Source: Chrysomallon squamiferum
Lineage: Eukaryota; Animalia; Mollusca
NCBI GenBank assembly: GCA_012295275.1
Contig: CM022671.1
Location: forward strand, 17,546,001 to 17,610,000
Direction of reading: 5' to 3'
Length of the DNA stretch: 64,000 bases
Shown here: positions 1-13,900 of the stretch, piece after piece
How the letters are laid out: each line of letters begins with the position of its first letter
How positions within the stretch are numbered: position 1 is the first letter of the stretch
Made by a program: the position numbers and the translations under genes
The notes under the pieces: generated by a model
The model's input: only the letters and a program-made list of their open reading frames with translations
Told to the model about the DNA's origin: nothing
The model's database searches: none

Positions 1-585
1 AAAATATATACACAGTTCATTTAAATACCATAACTGGAAAGTAAAACATATCTCATTTAAATACCATAACAGAAATATAAAAAATATAATGAAATTAAAT
101 GACTAAAATAACACAGTTCATTTAAAATAAAACATATCTCATTTAAATACCATAACAGTTAAATCTATTTAAATTTAACAACTGTAAAATTTAAATACAA
201 CAAAATAAACCGTAAAATAAAACAGATCTCATTTAAATACCATAACTGTAAAATATAACAACACGTTTAAATAAATAATTATAAATAAAACATAGATAAA
301 TGTATATCAAAACATGACACATTTAAATAATGACAGATGCAATATCTGTAAAATAAAAGAGAACACAATAACTAACTATAAAATAAACCATAACGCATTT
401 AAATACAAACATAGTAGCTGTAAAATAAAACAACACATTTAAATACTGTAAAATAAAACACAGCACATTTAAAATACTGTAAAACATAATAACTGTAAAA
501 CAAAACAATACATTTAAATACTGTAAAATAAAATAGAGCTTATTTATATACTCCGATATAACAACCGTAAAATAAAACATTTAGC
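1..585. repeat. Degenerate AT-rich minisatellite, ~36 bp unit (ATTTAAATACCATAACTGTAAAATAAAACAyATCTC-like), truncated by the window edge
   Basis: ATTTAAATACCATAAC recurs at 19, 55, 141 and 231; CTGTAAAATAAAAC variants continue to ~580. Confidence 0.8.
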
Positions 586-1290
586 ACTTCAGAATAGAGT
601 CGAAAAGTAATAATTCTTTTAATAATGAAAGAGCAAGTGACTGAATGTACGGTGTGAGTTGTTTTCAGGAAATATTATAATTGTGAACTCGTATCTCAAG
701 AGCAAAACGGATAAATAATGAATGACTGAATAAATGAACGAACGAACGAGTTGATGAACACAAAAAGAAATTAAGGAAAGTATGACTCATTCATGTATTA
801 ACGGATATTATTATACAGGCGTAAATTACATAAGTAATAATAAATAATAAGAGAAAACACGATTAGCTCCCTTGAAAAAAAAAACCCCCAAAACATCTAT
901 TACTTCGATATGTCAATCGATTAACAGTGTTCGAACGGGAAATGAGAGAACTTTATTTATAAAGACGTATATTAAAACACGATTGAGAATATATATATTT
1001 TGACATTTGTTCCAGATTGCCATTGCTCTAACTAAACATATTAATAATGAATAATTAAAAGTAATTAACTCCGGCTGACTTTCATTGTCCCTGTAGTATT
1101 GTAGCTCGGGTCAGGCAACACAGCAAATTGAAATTATAACACGTTGCTTTAATTAAGAAAACTGCTTGGAGTCGTGTGCTGTCTGTACATGTGATGTTCT
1201 AATGAACAGAAATTCTTAATCGTCTCTCGTGCAAAAGTCAAGAGAAAAACAATTACTTACAAGACACGATCACGTTTCTACGCTAATGCA

Positions 1291-1530
1291 ATGACGATGA
1301 TTATGATGATAACAGCAATAATGATAATAATGAAGATGATGATCATGATGATAATATATCAATAATGAAGACGATGATCATGATGATGATAACAATAATA
1401 GTAATGACGATAATGATGATTATGATAATAACGTTGATGACAGTAATAATAATGCTTATTGTTATTACCATCACCATCATTATCATTATTTCTGACGTCA
1501 TCATTATCATCGTCATCAATTTGTTATTAT
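1291..1530. repeat. Imperfect (GAT/AAT)n tract followed by an (ATC/ATT)n tract
   Basis: Direct reading of trinucleotide repeats. Confidence 0.85.
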
Positions 1531-3620
1531 TACGAATATGATGAGGGAGCTGGTACTTAAGATGATATTATTTATCCACAATAAACAAACAAATAAATAA
1601 ATAATCATTTAAAGCGGCTCAGGTGACAATGAAACATCAACTGTTTAAATATTAACTGCAGCTTTACAAAGCATTGGCAATAATTATAATACACATATTT
1701 CTTCTTGTTTGTTTGTTTTATCTTTTATCTTTTTTCTTTTTTTTTTTTCTTGTTGTTGCTTTATTGTTATTATTATTATTATTATTAAATTATTTATTTA
1801 TTTATTATTTATTTGTTAAAAGCATGTTATAAAATGGAATGAAATGCCGTACTGTTACACGTTCAGTTTAAATAAACAGTTGCATGGTTCGGATAATATT
1901 ATTGTCAATACTTTATATTTGATGTACTAAAATACCCACGAATCTTATTAACCGTATTAGAGTAAATTTTCGATTTCTGAACCCGATTATTTGATGAAAC
2001 AAAACAAAACAATATTAACAAAACTAACAAACAAACAAACAAAAATAGAAGAGAAAACAATCCTAAAATCTATAACGTTATGAAAAGTGCTTTTCGAAAT
2101 CAAATTTTCATTCTGTAGAAGGACGTAACAGTCTTTTCAACGCTGTTAAAAGTTCATCTCGCTCTCGAGAGGTGATTGAACTTGCGCCTGAATGAGGAAT
2201 GCTTGTTTGTGTTGTTAAAACGTATCCAGGGACAAGCGCACGAAGAAAGAAAGCATGCATGATGATGTACGTAAGACGCATTTGCGACACGCCGAACACT
2301 GAAACGTTATCGATTTCTGTTACGTTTGGCTATGTTCGTCTTCTCTTGCTCTGTTACGACGTTGGTAAATTTGCTCACAAACGTGTTTATAACCCGTGGC
2401 TCCTCGTTGCCACTGTAATGAAACAGAAAGAAATGGCGTTTTACAAACAGAATTTATCGCTCTCCGCACAGAATCGTCAAGCAGCTAAATGCAGGCATCT
2501 GTGATTTCAGTTACAAAAAAAAAACCCAGTTTTGTCCAAAGGCAAAAATCGAAACCGAGTGGCGATAAAACGAGATTTTTTTTTTAACACAATCTATTTC
2601 TATTCGTTTTCATAAGAACAAGTCGTACAATATCGTTTTGTCTTCTTAACAGCTTTCACTGTGGGAAAGAAGATAAAATAAAACTCGCGATAGGAGGAAA
2701 TTTAAAACACATTTCAATACACTGGATTAACTCTGTGTTTGCTCTTGAAAAAAACACAAAAAAAAAAAAACCACACAGAAACAACATAAAAATTTTAAAA
2801 AAGAAGAAGAAGAAAAGCTATTACAAATTTTAATCAGTTTTGTTGAAACGCCTGTAATCAATAGCTATTTGAGGCAGCTGAACACGGAGATATTTTTAAC
2901 AAGCTGAAGATACATTTTAAAAAAAACCTCTCATGATGTCAACGGCCCATACCAGACTTCAGTGGAAGCAGCCTGTTGGACGACATTGATGTATTTTATA
3001 AACAAGTCCGTTTTACACCGCTAATGTATGACGGATACGCCACAGGCGTTAATTAGAAAGAAGCCCAATAACTCATTCCTTACGGCAGGCTATTATCATT
3101 GCACACAAGAAATGCATGGTGATATGGAGCATGGATAATGTAATCAGCCAAGAGAAAAGGCGTTTGGGAATTTCGTATAAAAAAGAACTACACGAGTTAT
3201 CTGTTCACTTAATGATGCATAGTTTGCGCCAGTGATAAAATAATTCGAAATGTTCAAATCTCAATTCCCGATGCGGTTTATGGGGAAAATAGAAGAAAAA
3301 AAAAACATTAAAAAAAAAAAAAAAACATTAAAAATAAAAAAAGTTTCAGAAATCAATAATAATTTAATGAATAGAAACGGCAAAATCTTCGTGAACATTC
3401 CTTTAAGATGAAAACGAATTGTACGATACACTGAAATTTACCCCAAATAAATAAATTTATATTTTTATATATTTATGTAAAATGTAATCATAAGCTGAAA
3501 ACTGTCAAAGAATTTTGAACAAAATTGTGATTTTATTTTTATAAAAAATGTCGAACCTGATAATTTTAAAATTGTGTACATTTCTTACTTGCTGAGTAAA
3601 AGAATTTTAATTTGTTAAAA

Positions 3621-3740
3621 TTAGAGTTTGTTACTTGCTGAGTAAAAAGAAGATACACATTAGAGTTTGTTACTTGCTGAGTAAAAAGAAGATACACATT
3701 AGAGTTTGTTACTTGCTGAGTAAAAAAAGAAGATACACAT
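3621..3740. repeat. 39 bp tandem repeat, 3 copies (TTAGAGTTTGTTACTTGCTGAGTAAAAAGAAGATACACA)
   Basis: Near-identical copies at 3621, 3660 and 3699; partial copy near 3585. Confidence 0.95.
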
Positions 3741-4025
3741 CAGAATTTATTACTGTCTGTTCTTGAACATCTATCTATCTATCTATCTTTCTTTTTATTA
3801 CTATTTATCCGTCTATCTATCTATCTATCTATCTATCTACTTATCCATCCGTCCAGCCATCTAATTCTGGTCAATCGAGCGATCTATTTACCTGTCTGTC
3901 TATCCATATATCTGTCAGCCAGTCTGTCTATTTATTTATTTATTTAAAAGAAATCAAAACTAAAAATTCAACAGACGTTTAGAATATATCAAAATATTGG
4001 TACATATTTCCACGTTAACCGCAAT

Positions 4026-4236
4026 ATCATCATCATCATCATCATCATCATCATTAACATCATCATCATCTTCATTATTATCATCAAAAGCATCATCATC
4101 ACCATTAGTAGTGGAGTAGTATAAGCCATCATCGTCATCATCATTATTATTGCTACAACTACTTCTGTCATCATCACAATCATCATTTTCGTCATCATCA
4201 TAATCATCATCGTAATTATCATTATCAACATTATTA

Positions 4237-4277
<41 letters not shown>
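4026..4277. repeat. Imperfect (ATC)n/(ATT)n microsatellite
   Basis: Direct reading; source of the poly-D/N and poly-M ORFs. Confidence 0.9.
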
Positions 4278-4781
4278 ACGACTGACGCTCCCAGTAGTTG
4301 AGTTCATTATCAGTGATTACAGAAACTCGGTTCACTGTGACCCGCTCCACAAAATGAGTCTAATGACATTTACACAAAAGAAGTAATTGAAAGAATAAAC
4401 AGTGTAAACACACAGAACGTGTCACGTGACGTTCGAGTTGTAGGTTCTGGAGTGTGTGTTAATTCTGTGTGTGAGTCGGGCCAAGACGACATCTAACAAA
4501 CACAATTAAACATGAACGCGAGTTCAAACATACAGGCTATTGTTGTTGTTTTTTCTTTCTTTCTTTTTTTTCTTTCTTTCTTTCTTTCTTTCTTTCTTTA
4601 TTTATTATTACTGATTACTATGTTGTTGTTGTTGTTGTTGTTGCTTCCATTGTTCATGTTGATGCTATTATTACTATTGTTGTTGTTGTTGCTGCTGTTG
4701 TTGTTGTTATCACAGCATTATCAAATTTAATCTATCTATGTATTTATTATATTCACAAATTTATATTGTGACATAAAACTA

Positions 4782-5855
4782 TTTTATGAATGTTTAAACA
4801 AATATCCTAAAAAGGAAACATCTAAGGTCATCTGAATTAAAAAAGAAATAAATTTCTAAAAAAATCTCTGATCATTCCGTCTCTTCTCTCTCTCACTCTC
4901 TTGTCTCTCCAGTCTTCTTTATAAACAATATATATATATTTAAAAACTTACTGCCAATTCATTTTAATTTTTCTTTCAACATGTTGAAATTATAGCAAAA
5001 AGGCTGGTATATTTTAACACGGGAATGGTAATCAGATGTTAAAACGAAAATCAAAAATATTTATAGATAATGTCAAGGCTTTCCTTTTTTTGTTTTTTTT
5101 TTTTAAATATTTAGGTTTTATTTATTTTTTTTAATTTATTTATTAATTAAAAAAAAAAAAAAAAACCTATAAAAAAAGACATTATCTATCTTATATCTGT
5201 CTTAAAACTTTTCGGGTTTTTTTGTGTTTTTGTGTCTGAATTTTGTGTGATAACCGCAAAAATATACAAAAATAGATTTAGATAATTGTATGTATTTATG
5301 TGATGATTTAATATATATATATATTTATATATGTACGTATGTATATATATCATCACATACATACATACATATCTATATCTATCGTAATATACAAATAAAA
5401 ACACACACACACACATTACACAAAACTGTTACACACACACACCAGTCTATAACCCTCGTGATTACATAGATAAATATATTGATATAATTTTTGTGATTAT
5501 AGGCTGGAACGGCAAAAACCGAATAATAATAATAAATAAATAAAATAAAATAAAAATAAATAAATAAATAAAAAAAATAAAAAGTAAGGAAAAAAAGACA
5601 AACTTATCTATAAAATATTTTGATTTTCTTTTCTATCTTCCAATAACCGCAACAACGCACAGACATGTTTTGCTATAATTTCAACATGTTGAAAGAAAAA
5701 ATTGAAAATGAATTCTTGTAACCTTTCGCTATATATTTATAAATATATCTACTGGCAGACAACACTGTGACTCGGAACTAGACGGAATGATCAGATATTT
5801 TTGATTTATATAATTTATATCTTTTTAACCTATGTATGTATGAACATTCATAAAA
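4782..5855. repeat. Long imperfect inverted repeat (~1.07 kb fold-back; possibly a decayed MITE/foldback element)
   Basis: Perfect reverse-complement blocks in nested order: 4782-4794/5843-5855 (13 bp), 4867-4882/5780-5795 (16 bp), 4968-5000/5668-5700 (33 bp); weaker blocks continue inward. Confidence 0.9.
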
Positions 5856-6051
5856 GAAAATGTTTCAAACGTATATTTGTTTTAAATTATTCTATCTATT
5901 CAATCTATCTTTATTATATATATATATATATATATATTTATTTATTTATTTAGGTATACACGTATATGCTTGAATATATAAAAACATAGAAAGATTAAAT
6001 TTTTTCTTTTTCTATGCTGTTCCTATAACAACAACATATAGCAGCAACAAC

Positions 6052-6085
<34 letters not shown>

Positions 6086-6259
6086 GTATATATGTATGTA
6101 TGTATGTATGTATGAACAGAGAGAGAGAGAGAAAAAGAGAGAGACGTGTACTGTTGTATATATATATATATATATTCATGCATATACATGTAAACCTAAA
6201 TAAATAAATACACGCAGACCAATGTGTTTACATAAACACTACATTAAACACACCACGTA

Positions 6260-6659
6260 TAAACGAAACACACTCGCTGTTCAGGAAAGCGTGTTGAAAA
6301 CATTCTGCAGGAGAGACACGCGTCCACATTTGCTTTACATTCACGTGGAACGCACGCGGTCTCGAGCGCGGTCGAAACATCTGGCGCGCATGTTCGCCTC
6401 ACGTGCGCGGGTGCAGTGCCAAGAAAACGACGCGCGGTGACCCGGATGTTGTTACATCGCGAGGATACGTCAGATTTCCAAGTGACGCTGTGACTGATCT
6501 GCTCGCCTCGACGTTAATTGTTGTTGACAAGCAAGTAATCGCGCCTAGGATTGTAATCTGCGATGTATCACTTTCCAGATTTATTCTCCAGCCCGCAAAT
6601 ACTCCGCTGTTTATAATAAACAGCAGTTGTTTGTTGTTATGATATACGCTGCTGCTGCT

Positions 6660-6662
<3 letters not shown>
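6260..6662. other. CpG-rich unique island (candidate cis-regulatory or structured non-coding element)
   Basis: Many CG/CGCG words against an AT-rich background; short hairpins such as AACATCTGG/CCGGATGTT and TACATCGC/GCGATGTA; no convincing ORF. Confidence 0.45.

Positions 6663-6663
<1 letters not shown>

Positions 6664-6716
<53 letters not shown>
6664..6716. repeat. (GT)n microsatellite
   Basis: Direct reading. Confidence 0.95.
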
Positions 6717-6719
<3 letters not shown>

Positions 6720-6947
6720 ATAGCTGTTCTCTTCTCCTCGGTGCACTAAGACATGCTGATGAAGTTAAACATAGTAGATCTTTTTTAAATCTCGGCTTAG
6801 ATATTAGATGCTTGGCTCTTTTTTTTTAAATTAGAAATGGTTGTTATGTAAAAGTAAAAAGAAAAATTTAACATTCGCAACATACACACAGATAAACATA
6901 CACATATTTTCGGTTTCTCTCTGAATGTCTCTATGTCTCTTTCTTTT

Positions 6948-7058
<111 letters not shown>

Positions 7059-8142
7059 GATTTCTCTCTCTAATAAAACAAAGACATGAAAAACATTCCC
7101 ACCTTTCATCCCCCTTTTTCGTTTTTCACCACGCTTTCTCCGATACGGAAGACACGCCACAGAAACAAAGAAAAGAAAACCAAAAATCCAGAGAGGAAAA
7201 TAAAAGCAAATTATTGATCTGCAACCTGCAACTAAAGGTATTTAATTAATAACCAAAGAGAAGACCTTGCTGATAAACATCACGGAGATGGTAATTATAA
7301 ACTTTTCTTTGTCGAGCTGGCTGCATTAAGAGCTGCATGTTTTAACACCAGGCAGGCTATTCTCAACTATTTATTAATTTCGTTTTTCGCTTTTATCTCT
7401 GAGACAAGGTGGTCTCAAGAAGCGGTCTAATCTTTCCAGTGAACAATGAGGTTTTATGGAATATAGAATATTCATCAATTATCAATATTCATTTCTCGTA
7501 TGCACGTAGATGTATTAATATGCGTTATGTAAATAGAATCTATGTCTTTTACATTTTGTTTTGAATGCAAAAAGGTTTGTGTGGAAATATTTCATTACGC
7601 CGAAGTTTTTGCTTTTCTTAAAATAGTACAGCCGAACTCGGTTAGTACGTTAAAAATGATCCTTATCTTATATCAATAGTATATGTAACAAAAAATAATA
7701 ATAATAAATAAAATATAATAGTAATGAAAAAAAAAATATAAAAGTGAAAAAAAAAAATAAAATAAAATAAAATAAAATAAAATAAAATAAAATAAAATAA
7801 AATAAAAAAATAAATTAAAATAAAATAAATGCATTCCGGAAAACAATTATAAAAAATAATGGAAAAAATATAATGAAAGTTTAAATATATATATATATAT
7901 ATAAATAAAAAATGGAACAAAATAAATATATAAATATAAATATACATTAAAAATTGTTTTTCGAAGCGTATCTGATTTCGTATAATACGTTCTCCATCTG
8001 TTCCAGTGTTTTCACTAAACAGATGCAGAGCTGTTTTACAGTTGTTTTATAGTTTTTTTTTTCGCTTCATCTATCACATTATTCATGAAGAAAACAAAAT
8101 CTCCTATTTTATTAAATTTGTTCATCGCAAAATGAATGAATC

Positions 8143-8466
<324 letters not shown>

Positions 8467-8512
8467 TCTTATTATTATTATTCTTCATATTATTATTATT
8501 ATTATTATTATT

Positions 8513-8551
<39 letters not shown>

Positions 8552-9002
8552 GCATTGTGTTGTTTACTAATTTAATTTTTCTTTTTTCGTTCATTCATTC
8601 CTTCATTCCTTTTTTCTTTCCCCCCATCATTTTTAAGGCAGACATTTTCACACGTAAATCTGACATTTTAATTAACAATTTCCTTGTGACAAGACGACAC
8701 ATCTGTCTGTTTAACTGCTGTATAGAAACGTGTTAATTGGAAACTTTAATTTTACATGACTCTAGGTGATAAAAAGCTATATTAAGAAACGCTTTTTGTG
8801 TGTGTGTGAGCTAATAACGTAGAGCTCAGCTAAATGAACGTAACAGTGAACACGTAATTACCTAAGATAAAAACTGTGCAGGTGTTCAAGAAATTTTACT
8901 TTTAATAAAATATCCACGCGTTGGAGTCCAGTAACAGCTGCAGTGGTACAGCGAAAATGTGTCTGATGTGTTGCAGTTGTTTAATGTTATAGCAGCCGCC
9001 GA

Positions 9003-9018
9003 GGTAGTAGTATTAGTG

Positions 9019-9058
<40 letters not shown>

Positions 9059-10575
9059 AGTGGTAGTAGTAGGAGTAGGAATAGTAATATTAGTATTTGT
9101 TAAAGCAGTTCCTGCATAATAGTAATAGAAGTTTTTGAAGTTGTTGAAATTGTAGTAATAGCTGTTGTTGTTGTAGTTGTAAAAGTAGATGTTGTCATTA
9201 TAGTATAATACAGAATAGTAGTATACATATAGTAATACTGTAAATTTTAACATGATAGCCATACGATAGGTCTGTATAATAGTATAATAGTAGTATTAGT
9301 TGCTGCAGTACTTATAGTAGTAGTAGTAGTAGTAGCTGGTATGGTTGTAATTGTTGCGTTTTTGTAGTTTAGAATAGTAGTATACATATAATAATATGTA
9401 AACTTTAATACGATAGCCGTGTTGTAGGTCTCAATACAGAAACAATAGATCTGGGATGGTGTAAACTTGTTTCTTCTGTTGTTATTATTGTTATTGTTAT
9501 TGTTATGGTAGTTATAATAATAACGTTAGCAAGAGTAGCAGCAGTAGCAGTAATAATCGAAGCTTCAGTACAAGCAGTTATTGTAGTAATAACAAGACAT
9601 ATTTGTACGTGTAGTAGTAATAGTTGTTGTAGTAGTAATAGTTGCTGTAGTAGTAAAGGTGATATGGCTTATTTCGTTGTTTTTGTTACAGCATTATTGG
9701 CAGCAGCAGTGGTAGTTATGGGAGAAATAAGGTTGTATAGTAGTAGTGAAAGTAGTTGTCGTAGTAGTTGTCGTAGTAGTTGTCGTAGTAGTAGTAGCAG
9801 TAGTAGTAGGAGTAATGTTTATATAGTAGTAGTAATAGTAAAAACAGCAGCACCAATAGTATTAGTAACAGTAATGGCATTAGTAAGAAATACTAATAAT
9901 TAACAGTAGTAGCAGTTGTAATAGTATTAGTAGTAGTATTAGTAGTAGTATAGCAGTAGTAATAATAATAAATACTAGTGATTACCATTGTACTAATAGT
10001 TGTAGTCATGATAGTAGTTGTACTAGTTGTAGTAACAGTAATAATAGTAGCAGTAGTTGTAGTAATAGCAATAGTAATAGTAGTAATTGTAGTAGTAGTA
10101 GTAGTAGTAGTAGTAGCAGTAGTAGTAGTAGTAGTAGTAGGAAAGTAGCAGTAGTAGTAGTAATAATAATGGAAAAGTCCAGTAGTATAAATTTTTGTTA
10201 GAAATTCCAGTAGTTATAAAATTTTAGTTAGAAATACCCATATAAACAGTTATATCAATACTTGTAGTTCTAGTAATAACAGTAGTAGCGATAGTGATAC
10301 TAGCAGTAGTAGCTATAGTTACTAGTAATGACTGTGGTAGTAGTAGAAGTGAAAGAAGAACGAGCGGTTTTACCAGTAATGGTGAAATTAATGCCAAACA
10401 GTTGCGGTAATAGTGGTAATGGTAACAGTAGGAGTTGACAGTAGTATCAGTTACAGCAGTAATAGTAGTACTGGTAATATAGTAGCAGTAGTAGTTGTAA
10501 CAGTAGCAGGAGTAGTTGAACAGTAGCAGTAGTAGTTATAACAGTAGCAGGAGTATTAACAGCAGCAGCAATAGT
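9003..10575. repeat. Long degenerate (AGT/AGC/TGT)n low-complexity block with internal duplications
   Basis: AGT-rich throughout; ~60 bp direct repeat at 9212 and 9371 (AGAATAGTAGTATACATATA...GATAGCC...TAGGTCT); ~29 bp tandem duplication at 10178-10236. Confidence 0.85.
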
Positions 10576-11374
10576 GTGTTAGTAAAACCAGTAATCGAGT
10601 TAATTCATGTTAATAAAGAAGAATAAATAATATTTTGTCGTCTCTAAGTTCAGAAGAAATTTGAGTCATTATTATGTGCTATGGTTTTATGCTACTTTCA
10701 GTCGGGTTTGTTTAACGGAGAGCCAGAACAAGATATACAAACAACCAGAAGAAAATAAAAAAAAAGATAAAAAATAAAAGATAAATACTAAATACTGAAA
10801 TAAAAATTCATTCAGAAATCTGTCATCATTACGACGTACAGAAAGTTGAAAAGGATTATAAAAATGTTTCTATTCTGGGTTGCACATAACGACGTATCAG
10901 TACACGAAGTTGAATAACAAAGAACGGTTTATCTGTGTAACTGAAATAGAGCACATTCTTGTCAATCGGCTATTGTCTTCAAAGCAAGAGTTACTTTGTT
11001 TTGTTCCGTTGTTTTTTTTCTCTGTTAGATCAACAAACACGTTTTATGAACGCACACACGGTTACAGTACAATTTCCTTTGTCAACAGAACGTTCAAAGT
11101 AAAGCACTTTAGATATTTGCACACACTATTTAATCTCAGCTTGCCGCAGAATATTTATGCGTTCAGAAATAGAAAAAAAATCGACAGTGGTGTTACCAGT
11201 AAAAGAAAAGGAAAAGATTATTATAGTACCAATAAAAATGCTGCTAATATATCCTCTGTTGGTTTCTGTTATCGCCATCAGGGAATTTCGCAGAACGAAG
11301 TGAATGAAATGTTTAACGAGATTTAATATTAATCGTTATTAAGTGTCCTTCGTTTGTTTGTTCAGCTATGATAT

Positions 11375-11525
11375 GAAAGGAAGCCTACTGCTACTGGCTC
11401 ACAGTGAGATGTGATTTTCGATGTGTCAGCAAGGATTCTTTTATACGAGTTTTTCTAAAGTACACATCGGTGATATCTCTGATGAATCCATCACTGGGGC
11501 AATGGATGGAAATCTGTAATGGATT
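11375..11525 (-). mobile_element. Decayed SINE-like fragment (central part)
   Basis: GAAAGGAAGCCTACTGCTAC...TTTTCGATGTGTCAGCAAGGATTCTTTTATA resembles a gastropod tRNA-derived SINE consensus as I recall it, and is loosely similar to 13795-13895; not searched. Confidence 0.45.
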
Positions 11526-12277
11526 TCAGAGGGAAATCAAATTTTTTTTTTTTTTTTGTTGTTAATATTAATAAATGAAAATCAACATTTTAAAAAGTTA
11601 AACAAGACTTCAATCCTCTGAGAACAGAAATATCTGAGATTTATTATTCATTTGATATTATATAGTATGTAAATACATGATTTATATGACCCAGCATAGC
11701 CCAACTTCAATACACAAAGCATTGATTCTGGAGTTTTTATATATTATTTTATTTATTTTTTATTATGTAGTTGCCTTTAAAAATTCAATAACTGAGCGGG
11801 CAAAATAAAAAAAAAAAAAATTAAATTTACTTAACGTATTTTTTTTAAACAAATTTATGACTTTAAAATGTCAAAAAAATGGTCTTAATTAACAGTAAAT
11901 TATTATACTACACATCTACTGTTTTTCTTGTTTCTCAGTGTGGCAGATGTGTTTGATAGTTTCTATTGCTAACCTTTTGTTTCTCTGTTAACAAGATTTG
12001 TCAGGCTTGATTCACTTCACCCAGGCAAGCAGGAAAAGATTACTGGAAAGGTCACGTGGAAGTCTTACAGTAAATCATTCTGACTGTCAAACGTAGTCAA
12101 GGCGAATGAGTCCAGATTTAAGATTGTTATTTCTTTGCTTTCTTTCTTTCTTTCTTTCTTTCTTTCAAATTTCTTTCATTCTTTCTTTCTTTCTTTTCTT
12201 TCTTTCTTTCTTTGTAATGCCATGCTGTGCTGCTATTTATTTCTTTGTGTATGCTGTGCTGTATTTATTGTGTGTGT

Positions 12278-12292
12278 GAGAGAGAGAGAAAA

Positions 12293-12374
<82 letters not shown>
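12278..12374. repeat. (AG)n microsatellite, with a (TTTC)n tract upstream at 12131-12212
   Basis: Direct reading. Confidence 0.95.
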
Positions 12375-12379
<5 letters not shown>

Positions 12380-12976
12380 TATTTTAAGACTTCTGTTTCT
12401 CATCTAAAGGAATTCATCAAACTGTAATCTCTTTAAAACTCTTCTCACTTGCTCGCTTATTTCTTTAAAAAAAAACGAAAAAAAAAAAAAAAACCGCCCT
12501 TTATCTTTTATTCTTTTTCAATTATTTCTTCTCAACTATTTCTTCTTGGAATTTTTTTTTTTTTTTTTTTTTTTTTCAGAAGATCACTTTATTTTGTCGG
12601 TTTGCAGGTTTCTTTTTTTCACATTTGCAAAATCAGAATTGCTCCACAAGTCCTAATTGGTTCGTCTGCAAAAACTAATGATCGTCTGCTCACGTGGGCA
12701 CGCGCTCCATGGGAGACCAACGAAGACCAAACGTTATGGGGATATTAGCCAGCAGACGAGAGTTAATTAAGCAGTAAAAAGAAAAAAACTTTGTTTTTTT
12801 GCCTTGCAGCTGAAAAAAAAACACGTAGTTTTGTTGTTACGGCTTCTTCGTTTGAAACACTGATATCGAAGACAGTGAAACTGCCATCATCGTGTTAACA
12901 CTGTCTAATCAGTATTTCTGATTGTCTTACCAGAAAATGAAGGATTTTAGAAATCAGTTTTCTAAATCCATAGAAT

Positions 12977-13900
12977 GAGGGAAGATGTTTATTTGACACA
13001 CACTCAAACATTTGTAATCTACGATTATATGATGTTTTATTTAATTTTATTCAAAACATTTGTCATCTACGATTAGATGATGTTTTATTTAATTAGACTC
13101 AAAGCATTTGTAATCTACGATTAGATGATCTTTTATTTAATTATACTCAAAACATTTGTAATCTACGATTAGATGTTTTATTTAATTATATTCAAAACAT
13201 TTGTAATCTACGATTATATGATGTTTCATTTAATTATACTCAAAACATTTGTAATCTACGATTATATGATGTTTCATTTAATTATACTCAAAACATTTGT
13301 AATCTACGATCAGATGATATTTTATATAATCATATTCAAAACATTTGTAATCTACGATCAGATGATATTTTATATAATCATATTCAAAACATTTGTAATC
13401 TACGATCAGATGATGTTTTATTTCATTAGACTCAAAACATTTGTATTCTACGATTAGATGATGTTTCATTTAATTATACTCAAAACATTTGTAATCTACG
13501 ATCAGATGATATTTTATATAATCATATTCAAAACATTTGTAATCTACGATCAGATGATATTTTATATAATCATATTCAAAACATTTGTAATCTACGATCA
13601 GATGATGTTTTATTTCATTAGACTCAAAACATTTGTAATCTACGATTAGATGATGTTTCATTTAATTATACTCAAAACATTTGTAATCTACGATCAGATG
13701 ATATTTTATATAATCATATTCAAAACATTTGTAATCTACGATCAGATGGCTTCATGCACTTCGATAAAGACTATAAAATTAATTAATGATGACAGCTCCT
13801 TTTTTAATTAGCAAGAAATGGTCTTTCTAATGCACCTTTCCACAGACAGGAAGATACTTATCGAGGATTTGGTCAACCAGTCATGGGGCACAAGTTTAGG
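12977..13900 (-). mobile_element. Decayed SINE-like element whose 3' tail has expanded into a minisatellite
   Basis: GGAAGATGTTTATTTGACACACACTCAAACATTT (tail) and TTAGCAAGAAATGGTCTTTCTAATGCACCTTTCCACAGACAGG...CCAGTCATGGGGCAC (body) flank the array in the order I recall for the SINE; the tail is homologous, inverted, to 35628-35661. Confidence 0.55.
13005..13748. repeat. 48 bp minisatellite (~15 copies) with a 192 bp higher-order repeat
   Basis: Unit CAAAACATTTGTAATCTACGATyAGATGATrTTTyATwTAATyATAyT; near-identical 63-aa ORFs at 13278 and 13470 show the 4-unit (192 bp) period. Confidence 0.97.

Noticed and set aside
11472-11540. Hammerhead-ribozyme-like junction (CTGATGA-ATCCAT..ATGGAT-GGAAA..TTTC)
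   Set aside because: There is an extra G before GAAA, stems I and III cannot form in the same register around a UH site, and the segment looks SINE-derived. An Rfam hammerhead cmsearch would settle it.
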